Positions 13,380-26,000 of a DNA stretch of 64,000 bases are shown in pieces. The DNA comes from Chlorokybus atmophyticus (Eukaryota > Plantae > Mesostigma and Chlorokybus algae). The notes beneath the pieces were generated by a model that worked only from the letters and a program-made list of their open reading frames with translations, was not told the origin of the DNA and did not search any database. Made by a program: the position numbers and the translations under genes. The number at the start of each line of letters is the position of its first letter. The first letter of the stretch is position 1. Location: the NCBI GenBank assembly GCA_009103225.1, contig RHPI01002262.1:350317-414316 (forward strand), written 5' to 3'.

Positions 13380-13826
13380 CACACTCTTCCCTACCTGGCA
13401 TCCGTACGCATCCGGGAACTCCTGGCACACGCACAGCGGGCATATGGGGTAGTCTTCGTTCGTATCCGCCGCGTACTGCGTCTTGCACCGTCTGCATCCG
13501 CTCCCCGGATCGAGGCAGAATGCCGTGCCCGCGTTCACGAGGGTGCAGAGCTGGTCGTAGAACAGGAAACCGATGCCCGTCACGGGGTTGGCGGGTTGGG
13601 AGGTACGGGTGAGGTTGAAACACTTGGAGTGGATGAGGCAAGCGCCGGGGGAGCCAACGGGCTGCAGGAGATACGTGACTGTTAGTAGTATTGAATACAA
13701 GCGGTGGATAAAGACACGTGCGGTTTGAGAGATGATACTTGCCTGAGCAGAGGAGGAGGAGGTGGAGGAGAAGAGGATGAGCAGTGCCACTGCAGTTGAC
13801 GCTGCAGCGAGGCGAGAGCTCGCCAT
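10376..13826 (-). CDS. Uncharacterised secreted type I membrane glycoprotein: signal peptide, 3 Cys-rich repeats, Pro/Ala linkers, 2 repeated ~100-aa domains, TM helix, short tail (about 11 exons)
   Basis: Starts MASSRLAAASTAVALLILFSSTSSSSAQ. Repeats of type GIGxxY...C...C...GCRxCK...PICPxCVC, then two GPxGxLIPFNxTxQxxFIxxVA domains, then TM GAIAGIVIGAVVGALLLLLLLCLCCRRRR. The last exons splice in frame to ...APASSTE* at 10376. Confidence 0.8.
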
Positions 13827-15693
13827 GGTGAGGAGAGCAGAGAGGTGTGCGCCTCCTTGCTTCAACTCTGCAGCCAGGAAAAAAGGGAAGATCGGCGATG
13901 AGCAAGCCGTCGAGCAACATGTGCCCTTGCAATTGTGCAAGGTGCATGTAATGCAGGACAGCGGCTGCATGCATGCACACACATCTCACTGCACTCACCG
14001 GCAGAGGAGCGAAGATCAAAGCGAAGGGGAAGACTGATCTCGTCTGAGACAGCTGGCGAGCAGAGAGCTAGCAGCAGTAATCAGCTATGCCGCCACCGCT
14101 ACCAGCAACACTGCCGCCGCCTGCCCCTCAGAGACACACTCTACAGCACACAATGCACAATGATGTGCTCTGCAGACTACCAGAGCGCTTTTATATCCTG
14201 GCGTGTTACTCGGGTAACGCACTCTGCGCCGTCGATATCCGCGCAAGACACCACGGTTACGCAGCGGAGCTCAACGGCTAGCGCATCTATGGCTGAGTAT
14301 GAAAGTGGGCGCGTTACGATGAGGCTTTCCGACCGTTTGGAGCTTCAGCCGCGATATAACTGCCGAGTCGAGGCGTAACCGCGGCCTGAAAGGGACGGGC
14401 CAGCTGATTGTCACGCGTCATGTCGTGCCGTTGGCAGGTTTAGGCCTACCAATGATGGGTCATCACGCGTCACTTGGGTAAGTCAAGTTGGGTGATCCAA
14501 GTGACAGCCAATGATCTCATATTCCATACTGTCACACTGATGAATGCAAAGGATCACAAGGTAGTGCTAATGTAACTAAACTGATAAATTAGACGGAATT
14601 GTGTTATGTGCAACATTGTAAGACTCAGATTGTAATGATACATACTTTTGACATAAATGCTCGTGGCATAAATACTCGTGAAATCTGTAGTAGCATAGCT
14701 TCAACAGCATGAAGGATGTTGTCATTGATTGTTACTATTAACTACATAGTTGACATATAATGCTTGTGGAAAAAAAGGATGGCCACAAATGAAACTATTA
14801 CCACACCTTTATAAGTGTGCACAACATACAACCAACAACCAAGTAATTTGTTGTGTATGTGCATTAATTATCAGTTTAAACCCCATGGGCATGCAGACTA
14901 TAAACACGTGCAAGACTGTAACAATCAGTGTGTATCCAAACAACATGACACTTGATAGCATTAAACAAAACATGCATTTTTTAAGATTTCACCAATGTGT
15001 GTACCGCCGCGCTAGCCTTTAGGCCCTGCTTGGCTACATGCAAATTGCGGATGGAGGCTTCGCAGATGTATGCAAACGTTGCGCATTGTGTGCTTTGTAC
15101 GACGTAAACCCTGTGCATGCAGTGCGCAGAACATGAACTTGCACAACTTCGTGCATCGCATAACATACATATAAAGCAGCACACATAGAGGCTAACACAA
15201 CGAGGTTTTATGCAACATCAATTGCAGCACTCATACACTCGTTGTCAAGGACATTTTCGACAAAAGTGTGGGCCAGCTCATGTGCTTGTCTGCTTGTCTG
15301 CACTTATACAAACAATGCGAGACGGAAACATCCGTAAACTCGTATGCAACTTACATCATGCAAGCCTCAGGTCATGAGGTGCATGACACAACATGTCATG
15401 AGCAGATCTTACGCGCAGCCGCAGACATTAATAATGTTGCACAGTCAGTTGCATTGCTGGACACCACTACACATTTTACTGCCAAGTGCAACTTGGGTGC
15501 AGTGCTAAGCAGTGGACTGCCATATGCAACAAACTATTCAAGTACGCTAATACAAGGCATGTGGTCAAAGATCCCATATCACGAAGTATATGGCACACAT
15601 TCCCCTGGCACTGGGAACCTGCATTACGAACTTGGAGCTGATGGAGATTGCTAATTACACAACTACAAATGACTCCTACTCTCACTCGTACCC

Positions 15694-17341
15694 TCATTCG
15701 CTCTTCTGGCCAAACCTGGACTGGATTGCCTTTGCAATGCTCGTGCGTGCGGTGAAGTGCCTACGAGCAAATGATGGTGACACAGCAACATCGGACTTGA
15801 CTTGGCTGCTGGCGGCATCCTCGGATGGCATCTCAGCAGGCAAGGCAGCTGCTGCATTGGTGAACACGTTCAACACAAAGAATGCCGCAATAGGGGACAG
15901 ATCCAGGTTGCCGAGGGGAGGGACGATGCCCCGGAACAGGCGCAGGTAAGGGTCGCACAGCGTGCTGTTTGGGTGTAAGAAAGCACTTGATCAACAAGAC
16001 CGCAACAGAAAAGACATAGCAAGCTTTGTGACCGGTGCTCAAGCTCACACAACTCACCTCAACGGGCTGACAATGAACTCTGGAGGGTTGGGGAACCATG
16101 TGAGGATGAGGCGTGCAACCAGTAGTGACGAGTAGATGTTGAGGAAGTTCAGCGTTCCACTGCAACACGACATCTATCAGTCACAGGCAACCTTGGCCAA
16201 AAGAAAAACACAAAAGTTTAACATGCAGTTGAACGGGACACAATTTGCAATGCAACTGTGTTGTCAGTTGAGGATACAATGCATGTGCCCTGCGCAAGGC
16301 ATGAGAGAGCTCACAGCACTGCTGCACCTTGCAACAACAGCGGTTGCAATGTTGTCTGGTCCGCCAGGGATGATTGCCGCGAAGGGAGCCAGTTGCAACG
16401 GAGAAGCGCCGGCAGCAGAGCGCACAATGCCGAAGCGGGCGCTTGCGCTTCCGTCCAGCCCGGCGACAACGGTAGGTGGCGATGGATGCAGCAGACCTGC
16501 CCTGCTTGCGGCAGATGTGATCGCACGCAAAGCGGAGTGCTGGACTTCTTGCACCTTACTGCGCAGTGCTTGCACCTACAAACATGGCCCAGCGACACCA
16601 TAAACACTCTAGGTGGGAACCTAACCGTAACGCCAATAACGCCAATGAGGCCAATGCAGCCGATGACAAAATGTGACGCTTCTTGGTGACAACTGCAACC
16701 CTGAAAGACTAAAACTGCGTGTGGACGTGCAATGTCAGTTGTATGCTAAGCTTTCAGACCTAACATACTGACACTGTGCGTTCTGCTTCAAGCAGCTTAG
16801 TTTTGTCTTCAACCGTCTCACGGGCATGCACAAAACAAAGACACACCCGCTGGGTGAGAGCATGCCACGAGCCAAGCTGTGGTGATGAGCAATGGCATGC
16901 AGATCACCGCAATGCATCGAGCATGAAGCACAGGCTTGAATTACATATACGCACGAGTGCGGCATGGTGTTCGGTGAAGCTGCGGCGGACCGCAGGAGCG
17001 CTCCTGGTCTCCGGCACGAGCGTGGGCAGCAGCAGGGGCCCCTGGGAGGCGACCGACGGCAAGAACGACACCACCCCAAGCGGCATGACGGCTGCTGCCG
17101 CTAGCGCCACGTGGCATGACCGCCGGTGATCCATGGCGCCCTCCTCCGCCGCCGCCGCCGCCGCCCTCTTCCTCTCAACCAACGAGTGCCACGTGGACTG
17201 CCTGACGTTGTGAGCCAGTAGGGTTTCGCAAGAGGGGATCAAGTCGATTCCAGCATGCAGGTGCGCTGTTGCAGACTGCAAGGTGCAGGAGCCTGCAAGC
17301 CTTGACATAGAGAAATCAGAGGATGCCAAATTGGCAGTCAT
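15694..17341 (-). CDS. YLMG2: YGGT/YlmG-family plastid membrane protein (YLMG2-like); start codon uncertain (17341 or 17134)
   Basis: Spliced FAAIIPGGPDNIATAVVAS|GTLNFLNIYSSLLVARLILTWFPNPPEFIVSPLS|TLCDPYLRLFRGIVPPLGNLDLSPIAAFFVLNVFTNAAAALPAEMP matches plant YLMG2. The N-terminus looks like a transit peptide. Confidence 0.88.
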
Positions 17342-17799
17342 CAATTCTTCCTTGCTCTATGTGCAGTCTATCATACTTTGTCTATGTGTCTTACCGCGCA
17401 TGCATCCGATGCAAGTTTCAAGGACTCTAACTCATAAACTATCGTCATAAACTGTTGTACGATTGATAATGTATGGACATGTAAAGCAGTGCTCGGTTGC
17501 ATTAGCTAGTTAACATACAACAAAGCTTTGGGTGGTTAGCCTTACATTGGTTACGGAGCCTGGTTCGTGTGCATATGCATAGCATAGTTTTGCTACTGCA
17601 CAGATTGTAGCTAGTGAACGTGCTAACGCGGTGTTGTGTTGCTGCACCCACTTGTTGGTCTTGTCACATTGGCAGTGCTTCGTGCTGTGCGTCACACTTC
17701 TATGGTGCAGCGGAATCGACGGTTACTGTCCCTGGCTACTGTACGCGCTGAAATGGAAGCTATGCAAGCTTATTAAGCGGAGGAGGAGCTTGCCACATT

Positions 17800-19400
17800 G
17801 GCAACCACTACGTCAACTTGCAGCCACGTCTGGAATGTTGTTCCAACTCTGCTAATCGCAAACACAAGGACATTGGCAAGCAGTTGCGTGGCTGGCTATT
17901 CAACAGCAAGCCTGCTCCTTGTATGAGCGGTATGTTGCCCGCCAACGAAGTAGGTGCAATGACTCGGTTGTCATCATATATATACCAGCACCGGGGAGGA
18001 TGCTCAGCATCCTCCCCCGTGGCGATTAACAGTAACTAAGACTGTCTCCATACCTGAGACCTGATCGTTGCTCTCCGCAAGCCTCCCAACAATGGCATTA
18101 TTGGGGTTCTGCTCCCTTTTTGAGGGTACACACTTGCAAACATCCCGCATGCCTGCGTCATCTGCCAACAACAGTGGCGAGCGGCTCAGAGGATCTGCCA
18201 TGTTCACTCTTCCAGGCATGTACACCAAAGTGATGTTAAAGCGAGATAGAAACTTTGCCCACCTAGCCTATTTTCATGACAAAGTTGGTTGGGTCTGGAA
18301 AAAAGTGAAGGGGTTGTGGTCGGTTATCACCGTGAAGCCGCATTCCACCCCCTTCGAGTCGCATCGCCACTCCGTGAGCGCATGCACCACTCCCAAGAGC
18401 TCTTGCTATGTGGTATTATAATTCTTCTCTGGTTAAGAACATTTTTTGCTCAGACATGCAAGAGGGTGACCAGTCTGCAACAACACTGCTCCAGTGCCAG
18501 TTACCGATGCATTACTCACAACTTCACAAGGCTGGTTAAAGTCAGGCAACCTTAACACAGGCGCTTGCATAAAAGTCTTTTGTACTGACACAAAGGTTAC
18601 TTGTTGCCTTTATGTCCATGCCCACTTAATCATGTCCTTGGTCATATCAGTAAGAGAGGCTTCTCCACCAAAGTACCCCAGTATAAATTTGCGAAAGTAA
18701 TTGCACAGCCTAAGGAGCGAACGTAAGTCATGACATTCACAGGCACATGTCAGTCTTGACTGCACATATATACCTTTCTGAGATCAACACCAATGCCATC
18801 CTTGCTGATTACTAGACTCAGGAGTGCCAACTCATACCTCCCAAACTCACATTTCTTCATAATATCGTGGAACTTGTGCTGTCGCAGTGTTTGCAACACC
18901 TCGCGCACATGCGTTACATGCAACGCCTCGTCCTTTCTGAATACAAAGATGTCATCCAAGTACACAAGCACTGACTTACTAATCAGCTTCGAGAACACCT
19001 GGTTCATCTTTGCTTGAGAGGTGGCTGGTGCATTTGTTAACCCAAACAGTAACACTTTGTATTGAGTGGCCAACAGGTGTTGTAACCGCTCTTTAGCACA
19101 TCCTCCGATGTTGTCCAAATCTGATGGTAACCCGACACAAGATACAAGAAGCACAGTTGCACCTTTCAATTGATCTAATACATCATCTATCCTCGGCAAT
19201 GGGTACCTGTTTTTGATGGTAAGCTTGTTCAATGCTCGATAGTCCACACACATGCGGAGCTTGCCATGATTCTTTGGTACAAAAAACAAGGGTGCATCAA
19301 AGGAAGAGCTACTCTCTTGAATCAACCCCTTTGTGAGCACTGCTTGGTTTGTCCTTCCATGTCCGCATGCACGGCGCGATTGTCAAGTCACGTGCATGGG
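17800..19400 (-). mobile_element. Degenerate Ty3/Gypsy pol remnant (RT, RNase H, trace of integrase start)
   Basis: KLRMCVDYRALNKLTIKNRYPLPRIDD and YLDD in ORF 18750-19340. RNase H/connector VYMPGRVNMADPLSR at about 18190-18230. Many stops and frameshifts. Confidence 0.85.
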
Positions 19401-20895
19401 CCACCACTGCCAATGTTCAAGGTGGACCACTGCTAGTGCGTCGGAAAATAAACCTTACTTGAAGCAGGCTACACCTACAATTATCAGCCATTTGGTACAT
19501 GCCGATTAGCACCCACCACAAAGTCATTCGTGTCATGACTTAGTCATTGAGTGTCATGACTTGATGATGGGAGCTACCATTGGCTGATAGCATATGTCTG
19601 AAAGATCATGTATTCATTGTGGTGTTGAACTGTCCTTGCGCAAAGGCTGAGTGTTAAATGTAGCCATCTTCTCTTCTTATTATTGATTTAAGCCCATCGC
19701 AGGGTGGGCAGTGACTACATTCGAAAATCGCACCGTGTATGGTGCGACTATCAACTCACGTGCATGGGCTCCGAATACCATGGTCTGTGCAATAGAGTTT
19801 TAGCGCTCATGAGTTGGCGGCGGCGGTGTCCTTGGTGGCACACTACTGATGCGATATCAATGGCCAGCAAGAAAGCTGTTAAGTTTGACACGGACATTAG
19901 TCCTAAGCTAAACCTCAACTTGCAACCAGCTAATAAGAGGAACACTGCGCAGAACCAACACCGTCGCAGCCAACAAAATTCCCTACCCTTTTTGGAGCAG
20001 GCGGCAGATGTCCAGCACGATGTTGTTAACCCAAAGCCTGTCTATGAAGTTGAGTCCATGTACGACCAGCTTAATGGCGAGATCAGCCAGCAGCACGAGC
20101 TATAAGTTCACTTGCATGCTTACCTTACTTGCTTCTCTGCGTTGGTCACGTGGCCTGATGTGCATGCCATCTACGATGCTTGCTGTGAGAGCCTTTGCCA
20201 TGTTAGTACATTGTTGAAGAACGGTGCACTAGTTGCCTTGCTGTGTATTGCTGTCATTTGAGTTCCCGATGCATGTGGCTTAATGGTAAGAATTTTGTAG
20301 GCCTCACGTAGATCGACATCCATCTGTCCATATGGCCGGCACCACCACCATGGAGTGGCAGCCACACCTCACCCATAGCAACAGTCAGGACAGCCGACTA
20401 ATGATGTTGCCAACATCAAGAGTGCCGCAATAGCTCCACTGCATATCAATGGACAACCGATTGTCTACATGGCCAGCACCAGCACCGCCGCAACAGCTCT
20501 AGTTCAACAGCAGTCTGATCCACAGCCTGCTGTTAACATGGCCGGCAGCAGTGCTTCCCCCTCTTAACCAATATGGCAACAATTACACCTGGAAGGCATG
20601 CCAACTGTTGGCTTGCATGCGCTGAATAGTGATGATGAGGCTGTTGTGCCTGCCATGGTTGAGGGTCATGCCGTCTCGGGCACACTGCAGACGAGCGCCC
20701 ATGTCGTGGGCATGCTAGTGCTACGCGCAGCATTAGAGCAACACAAACAAAGAGGGATGAACCTATGTCAGGATCAGGGATGAACCTATGTGAGGATTTG
20801 ATTAGTATTCGAGCTAGTGACGCTCTCTTCCTTACTGTACCCACCGTGCAGTAGTACACACAACAAGTCAACAAGCCACTACAAACAGGTAGCGC

Positions 20896-21729
20896 TGTAT
20901 ACACAGTTCTTTGCATGAGTGGATGATGTGTTACACTGTTAAGTGAGGTGAATGATCAAGCAACTCAAAGTTGCTATGTCCTGACTGATGCACCAAACAC
21001 ACCACCGCCAAGCTCACAGCAATGACAAGCACAGCTCACAAGAGCATACACTGTGTCTCACGCAATACTACTTGGTACGGCAGTCCTTGGCAACTGGGAC
21101 AATGTGCTTTCAGTTTAAGTCGCTTCACAAGCTCTTAAAGTTGGAGTCTCTACTCTTAGTACTCACTCAAATTGTCACCAGCGAGTCTAGTGACATGATA
21201 TCCTATTTATATATGTCAAATCATGACTGTGTAGTGCCATGCGGGCACTAGGCCAAGGGTCACATCGAGGCCGTATGCTATTACGAAAATCCCTTAGGAC
21301 TCAATATAGCATATGAGCTGATAACAGATTCCTAACTAATCAGCTACGCGCGGTTCCTACACAGAGGCCTATAGAGTAGCCCTAGCTACATGCTACATGA
21401 AGTACACAGTAGCTAGCAGTAGGCTGGGGCGCGCGCGGTCTTCATGCTGATAGCCCGGGCTTGGGGCTGGATGTAGGCATGCTCGAGGAGGACTGTGTCG
21501 GGTCGAGGAGAGTCGAGGGTCACACTGTCTCGGGCCGCTGCAGGGAAAGATATGCTTGTTGGCCCTGTCGCTGCAACATGTTATAACATGTAGAAAAAGT
21601 AAAAGATAACCCAGCTCGTATGGCGAGGAGTGCTTGGTGGAGCTGCTCCGCTGTCGCTGTATCACACGGACGTGTGGAGGCGGTGTCCTCCTTAGTGTAC
21701 ATGCTGTGCTGTAGGACACACAGTCAACA
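20896..21729 (-). repeat. Downstream LTR (~834 bp) of the DNMT-Gypsy element
   Basis: On minus it starts TGTTGAC after the G-rich PPT and ends ...TGTGTATACA. Shows segmental similarity to 47151-48567. Confidence 0.65.
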
Positions 21730-21778
21730 AGCCACCCCCCCTGAGCTTTGGGGAGGTTCCAGCTCCGGAGCTCAGCTA

Positions 21779-23088
21779 TTAACGCAAGTCAGGAGGACCG
21801 TTGGTGCGGCAATCGTCGCACCAGTACTCCTCCATGGGTATTGCGTCCAATGGGGGCTCCAGACAGTAACAATGCAGGCCCTTGTTGCAGCCATTGCAGA
21901 GCATGATGAGTGCGTCGTCGCCAGCACTGCCGCAGCGTTCACAGCGTGTGCTGCGGGCAGGGCGAGGGTGCTGGATGCGCGAGAAGCCCGCTATGTAAGG
22001 AAGGTGACATGGCGCGCAGTTCACCATGTTATCTTCAACCTCTTGCCGTTCTGACCAAGGTCTAGCACTCCTGTGGGGTACACCTTAAGTACCTTGTAGA
22101 CAGTGCGGCCCATGGAAGTGTCAAGCGAGTCTTTGGTGGCTGCCATGCGGTAGGCAAAGTCCCCTGCTTGAAACCGCCGTTGGCACTCCTTGTGCAAGCC
22201 GCTCCGCACGCGCTCGTAGCGCAGGGTGTCGCGGTGCTGTGCGATGCGCAGGTTGTTGAAGGCCATCGGGACAGTGTGCTTGAACAGTGTGGCGCGTGTG
22301 GTAATGTTGTGGTGCATACAGTCGGGATCGTCGAGGTTCACCACACGGTCTACTTCTTGCTGTGCACGAAAGGGAAGCAATGGCGGACGCCTGAACAACA
22401 TGTAGTATGTGTTGTACTCGCGCAGAGCCGCCTGCTTTAATAATCGATATCAAAGAGCCACTCACAGAAGGTGGTCGTCCCAGGTGTTCTTATCATACTC
22501 CAGCACGTACTTGCGGAGTGCCTTTTTGATGGTCTGTACTGTCCGCTCGGCGAGACTGTCGGCTTGAGGGTGGTCACGCGAAGTGCGGCGATGATCGATG
22601 TAGCATTTGTTCAGCAGGGTGTCGAACTCCCCTCTGAACTCAGTGCCCTGGTCGGTGACGACCTCAGCGCAGCTGCCCAACCGCCTGAGGATATGGGAAA
22701 GGAAGGCTTGAGACACCCCCCTGCTGCTCTTGTCGGGTAGTGGCACCAGCTCCACCCATTTGAGGAAGTGCTTGATGATGACCAGGATGTAACGGTTGCC
22801 ACGTGCCGAGGGTGCCAAGTCTCCTCAGATGTCGAGTCCTCAGCGATAGAAAAGACCGGAGATGGGGAGAGGGTGCAAGGTGGCGTTGCGTGTGTTGAGG
22901 CTGGCGCGTACCATGTCACACTGTTGGCAGCAACTGACGAACCCCTGCACATGTTTGGACAGCCCATACCACCAATATGCGCCCTTACCAGGCTGACGGT
23001 ACGCTTGACACCGAAGTGTCCAAGCTTAGTGTGGAGGGCAGCGATCATGCCCTCGCGTGTGGCTGATGTAAGCACCTCCTTGTCCTCG
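21779..23088 (-). pseudogene. Gypsy integrase (HHCC, DDE core) with C-terminal PHD finger (21806-21946)
   Basis: HTKLGHFGVKRT; VVTDQGTEF...HPQADSLAERTVQTIK; then CERCGSAGDDALIMLCNGCNKGLHCYCLEPPLDAIPMEEYWCDDC, a C4HC3 PHD pattern. Confidence 0.88.
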
Positions 23089-23093
23089 TTATG

Positions 23094-26000
23094 TGTTGAA
23101 GGACTAGCATGCACATGTAGCTGAGGCAAGCATGGATGCACAGAGACAGAGCTACCGCCACCAGAGCATACACAAGTCACATCACATTCACCTATTACAA
23201 GTTGTCCGCTGGTTCTTATACCAGCCAGTTACATACACGTCTACATTTGCAAGCACTGCGTAACCTATACTCCGCCTTTTAACGCGCTGTAAGCTGCGTT
23301 GTCTTTTTTACAACCAGAGCTTTCCAACAAGCTCTCACACGTCTAACATGAGTAAGTATACGGGGAGATACGAAGCAGTTAGTAAGGCTCTAGTCTGGAG
23401 TCTGGAGTCCGGAGTCTGGACCGACGACGCCATCTTGCTAAGTCCGGACCTAGTGCTCGTCCTTACGACCTTCTACTCCTGTGTGGAGGGTCGATGCTGA
23501 TTGTATGTAGGAATGACTCTCAACATTATGGACGCGGCGATACACCTTGTCATCCGCCCACCGATAGTGGCGAGTGCGTTGACTGACACAATCTTTCTCT
23601 CGTGCACTTATATTGGAGGGAAGCTGGCCACTTTGCAGCAAGGAGAGTGATGGCTGGTCCAGCCATATGTCGTGCCTGGTGTCGGTGGGTGCCAGCTCGA
23701 TGTCGTCGACTTCAATGTCGACCGTGTCGACGTCCCCTTAGGGGTGTGGTCACTGTGGGGTCGGTAGGCTCAAGAGCAGGAAACTCTTCCGTTGAGGTGG
23801 CGGTGATGTTGATCTGGCTCCCTGATCGTAATGCGACAACAGCAAATATGGCCGCCACAGTGGGAGCTGCTGCTGCAGGGCCGAGCTCGTGCCGAGCTCC
23901 AGTTGCATCGTTGGTACTGCGGTGAGGGTTGCGACTGAGGCCATCGGCGTCCTGGTTGGTGAGGCCGGCGCGGTGGTCGACCTCGAAGTCATACTCCTGC
24001 AACAACAGGGCCCAGCGAGCAAGTTTCCCTGTCAGGTGTAGATAGGTCATCAACCATTTGAGTGGCTGGTGATCGGTGATCACCTGGAATTGCCGATCAA
24101 AGAGGAAAGGTCTGAAGAAGGAGATAGCCCACATTGCAGCGAGGCACTCCCCGTCGTAGCTGCTATAGTTGGCCTCAGCGCTGTTGTTGCTTCGGCTGGC
24201 GTACGACACCACCCGCTCCTTCTTATTCTCATCGTGTTGTACCAGCACAGCCCCCATCCCAAGCTTGCTCCAGTCGGTGTGGAGGATGAAGGGCTTGTTG
24301 TAGTCAGGGCGTTGCAGGATGGGAGCGATGGTGAGCCTGCCCTTTAGCTCCTCAAACGTCTGCTGTTGTGGCTCCTTCCATGCAAACACCACCTCCTTCT
24401 TCAGAAGCTCGTTGAGGGGTCATGCAATCTTTGCGAAGTCCTTTACGAACCGACGATAGTAGTTGGCAAGGCCCAAAAAGGCGCGCAGGCGCGTAAGGTC
24501 TGTTGGAGCAGGGATAGCCGCCAAGGCCTCCACCTTTGCCTGCTGTACGTACACACCGTGGGGCACAATCATGTGCCCTAGGTAGGGTACCTTGCGAGCG
24601 AAGAAGATGCACTTGTCGGGGTGCACCGTCATCCCCACCCCCTTTCATCTCTCCAGTACATCCTGAATGTGCTGTAGGTGCTTTTCGTTGCTGCGGCCGA
24701 AGATAAGGATGTCGTCAATATAGCAGCGCACGAAGTCCAGCCCCTTTAAGGCTTTGTCCATGACGCGCTGAAACTTGGCAGGAGTATTCTTCAGTCGTCC
24801 GATGGGCATGACCTTCCACTGGTACAGCTGCCGGTTGCCCCAAAAGAGGTCTTGTGCTTGTCCTCCTCCTTGATGCAGTGAAAGCGACATGTTTCTCCTT
24901 GTGTTGGTGCTCGTTGCCGCTGCTGCTGGTGCTTGCTCTAGATTGCCCCTATTGTTTCTTCTTACATTCCTTCACAATGTGCCCCTTCCTTCCACACCAG
25001 TCACTGAGGCATGTGAGGTCTTTGTGACGAGGATTGCCCGGCTTGTTGCCCTTGTTCTTCTCTTCATGGTTGCTCTTCTTCCCGTGCTTGTTGGTGTAGA
25101 AGGCCACGGCATCAGCTTGCTCGTCCTTCTTCACAACCCTCTGCTCCACAGTGAGCAGCTTCGGTAGCACATCGTCCAAAGTCAACTCTGATGATTACGT
25201 CTCCAGCAGGGTTGCGACGACCTCGTACTCTGCTGGTAGCCCTGCAACAATGGCCAGCATTACCTCCGTCTGCCCCATGTTGTGGCCGACGTTGATGAGG
25301 TCTGCCCATAGCTCTCTTGCACGTGCAACATACTTCGTAATGGGTTCTGCTGCCTCCTTCCTGAGTGCGCTGAGCTGCTTGCGTAGATGCAACTTTCTAG
25401 CATTGTTCTTGGCTCTGAACACGGCTGATAGCTTTTCCCAAGCTTGTCTACCATCTTCACATGCAGTAAACAGGGAAAGTGATGCGGTGTGCTGTTCAAC
25501 ACAAGCAAAGAGTGCGCTTCTGCTGAATGCTTTGACCACACAGTGTTTGCTCCTGGTGTTGGTGGTGGTGCTTTGGGATCAACGTACTTCCACACCTTCT
25601 TGTGGATGAGCAAGGCCTTCATCTCCACGCACCATGTGTTGTAGTTGTCGGTGTCCAGCTTTGCAATCTGCCCCTTGTCGTAGGTCGCCTTCATCTTTGT
25701 CGTGCCTGCCTTTACTTGCAGCTGACATCCAATGCTCTGCTACCAACAAGCTACCGTAGTGTATAACTACTATGCACACAAGCTAGTCTCACACTCCTCA
25801 AGCGTAGTGTGGGCCCATAACCTGTTGAAGGACTAGCATGCACATGTAGCTGAGGCAAGCATGAATGCACAGGGAGCTACCGCCACCAGAGCATACACAA
25901 GTCACATCACATTCACCTATTCCAAGTTGTCCGCTGGTTCTTATACCAGCCAGTTACATACACGTCTACATTTGCAAGCACTGCGTAACCTATACTCCGC

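Noticed and set aside
15268-15654. 128-aa plus-strand ORF
   Set aside because: No ATG start, no recognisable motif; it lies just downstream of YLMG2 on the opposite strand.
20030-20170. Chromodomain-like PVYEVES...TW peptide on the plus strand
   Set aside because: Only the first few residues fit, it contains a stop, and there is no adjacent integrase in that orientation.
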